NCBI GenBank assembly: GCA_047495785.1
Contig: JBLDXI010000048.1
Span: 682,001 to 746,000 of the forward strand
From: Lepidodermella squamata
Taxonomy: Eukaryota; Animalia; Gastrotricha
Length of the DNA: 64,000 nt
Direction of reading: 5' to 3'
In this document: one piece after another, positions 61,779-64,000 of the stretch
Layout of the letters: each line of letters starts with the position of its first letter
Position numbering within the stretch: the stretch's first letter is position 1
The notes under the pieces: model-generated
Seen by the model: only the letters and a program-made list of their open reading frames with translations
Database searches by the model: none
What the model was told of the DNA's origin: nothing
Position numbers and translations under genes: made by a program

Positions 61779-63225
61779 TGTCGTATATAATGTGGATTTT
61801 TATCTAAAGTAGACATTAGATAGACCACACCTATCTAAAGTGGACATTACATATCTAAAGTAGACATTACATATCTAAAGTTAACTTTACATGGTTTATG
61901 TCATTTTTATTATTATTTAAAGTGGACATTACATATCTAATGTGTGTCATTTGTGTCATCTAATTCGTGGACAAGTTGACCTAATGGATTACCAATCAAT
62001 CAAGTTTGTTCAAAACAAAGCGGTCACTTACGCATGGGTTTTGGTTTATCAAGATCATTACGCGAAACTCTGCTTCATCCGCCCAATCGAGACCAAGCAA
62101 GCCAAGAACGTTGCCAGGGAGCTGATGTCGATATTCTGCATAATAGGAGCGCCAATGATTTTGCATTCTGATAACGGGAGGGAGTTCGTTAATGAGATTA
62201 TTCGCGAACTGGTGGAACTCTGGCCTGGTTTGATCATCGTGAATGGAAGAGCTCGCCATCCACAGTCTCAGGGTAGCGTTGAACGAGCAAACGAAGACAT
62301 CAAGCCCATGATCTCAGCCTGGATGTTGCAAGAATACACGACCTCATCGCAATCTCGAACACAAAACTCCGCAGGAGGTTATGTTTGCGTACCCGCCCAG
62401 GAACGGTTGTCCAGCTGAAATTCTGCCAGAAAAGCTGAAGAAGGCTGTCTGGAGCGAGGAAGATCTCTCTCCCTCCGATCTGCCTCCTTTGCTGGAAGAA
62501 GATGACGAAGTCGCAGTTCCAGTTGACAACGACGAAATCGAAAATCGGAGGAGCGAAGCTGATCATGCTGCTACAACTGGTCAACAGAAAAGTGCCGAAG
62601 AAATGCTAGCTCATGCAGCCAAGCTAGCGCCTATTGCCAAAGTCGGTGACACTGTATCATTGCTAGTTGACAAAGTCGATCGAGGCCCGGGTGACCTACC
62701 AAGTCTGGTCTGTGTAGTTCTTGAGCAATTCGAAGATGGTAGCGTCTCGCTAGGAACTCGCCAAGGACGGCTGGAAGGACATTACTTCTCCAACTGCTAT
62801 CGAATTAGCAGTGCGAGGGTCTTGACCCCTGAGGAGGTGCCTGACGTGGTCTTCAAATCGCTAAGAACAGCAAATGGTCAAGCCTCTTTGTTTGGGACCC
62901 AGGGACACCTCCATTGTAACTGCAAAGGGACGTGCACTGCTAGTGGAAGAGGCGCTAACTGCAAATGTCTAAAAGGCGAAGTTCGGTGCAACAGCCGTTG
63001 CCACCCTGGCTCTTCGAAATGTGAAAATCATGACTAAAAATTGATTTCGAACGAATAAATCATGTTTTCTGTTATTTCTGTTGTTTTTGAACACATTAGA
63101 TATGTAATGTCCACATTAGATAATAATAAGCTATGTAAAGTATACTTTAGATATGTAATGTCTACTTTAGATGGGAGCAGTTATCTAATGTCTACTTTAG
63201 ATAAAAATCCACATTATATACGACA
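61779..63225 (+). mobile_element. Ginger-type DNA transposon (rve integrase, KRBA2/SCAND3-like), internally deleted
   Basis: tatg|TGTCGTATATAATGTGG...CCACATTATATACGACA|tatg gives TGT-starting TIRs and a 4-bp TSD; about 20-bp subterminal repeats (tatctaaagtagacattaca); QVDL, HSDNGREF, HPQSQGSVER catalytic motifs; C-terminal CNC..C..CKC..CNSRCH; frameshift near 62340-62380. Confidence 0.9.
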
Positions 63226-64000
63226 TATGCAAAGTAGAATTTATTGAAAAGTGTAGAAAAGTCGAGATTTTTAAACTGAGGCTAATAATTGAGAACGATG
63301 TTGCTAAACGGTAGTTTATAAAGACAGAGATATCACTACGGTCTGTGTTAGTGGCCTGATATCTAAAAACTCGCGACAAATTACACAGACCATAGACCCT
63401 GTTGCGGTCCAAGTCTGATATATCGAGTCACGATAAGAAACGGAATAAAACAATACTACGGCCAAGGACCAGGGGGTTTCAGCTTAGATTATTTAATGCG
63501 ACGTAGTTGCACACAGATATACATAAAGCCGGGTTTTTTGCATGACCCACCGGCTAATTTTCATTAATGCAATAAGTCAAGCGATAAAAAAATACGTGTA
63601 AACCGATGCCAGATTTAGCGGTCAACCCAGAGATCTCCTATCAAATGAAAAGCGGGTTATTACGACAAAATAATGCAAAATAAATTTCAAAGAATACGTT
63701 AACGTCATGAAACGGCGAATGTAAAATGAACATGTATGAACAGGTATGAACAAATTGAATTTTTGCATATGCAAATAGGGTGCCCAAAAAATCTAAAACC
63801 GCGTCATTAAAATCTCTGATTAGCTTTATAAAATATAGGCAAAATGAGTAAAATCCCCAAAATTCGGGGAAACAATCGAAAAACGTTCCCAAAGGTCTTT
63901 CCCTAATAGCCCTGAAATATCCTGAAATTATTCGAATCATTTCTAATTTTCTAGGCGCTAAAAGGTACTGTTCGGGCTACGAACTTTGCGATGATGCGGG

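Noticed and set aside
61795-61940. CRISPR-like repeats
   Set aside because: No unique spacers; these are subterminal repeats mirrored at the other end of the Ginger element.
1-64000. tRNA, rRNA or prokaryotic operon/defence system
   Set aside because: None recognised by eye; spliceosomal introns throughout. tRNAscan-SE and Infernal would be needed to exclude small RNAs.

Overview
Eukaryotic, gene-dense window, most likely from an invertebrate animal (inferred from JAK, CARD and Cys-loop genes; AT-rich introns, some only 49-60 nt). All multi-exon models were spliced by hand. Left to right: LINE remnant and MITE-like foldbacks; a compact cluster of two 2-TM orphan genes, a 5-exon tandem-CARD-only gene and a possible death-domain gene; an INCENP-like gene with no visible SAH segment; a coiled-coil gene; two tandem JAK-like kinases from a segmental duplication that also left decayed Tudor exons; an RRM/CCHC/RG/MYND-like/multi-Tudor gene; OPA3, UPB1 and kanadaptin (SLC4A1AP); an orphan Cys-loop channel; two paralogous Cys-rich secreted orphan genes; an aldo-keto reductase; and a Ginger-type DNA transposon. 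Introns hold two solo LTRs with 5-bp TSDs plus piggyBac, copia and LINE fragments. Strongest leads: a JAK pair diverged mainly in the activation segment (one copy non-RD) near death-fold genes, the Vasa-like/TDRD1-like Tudor fusion, operon-like spacing with unpaired splice acceptors, and the new Cys-rich family. No database searches were run; family calls come from motif recognition.
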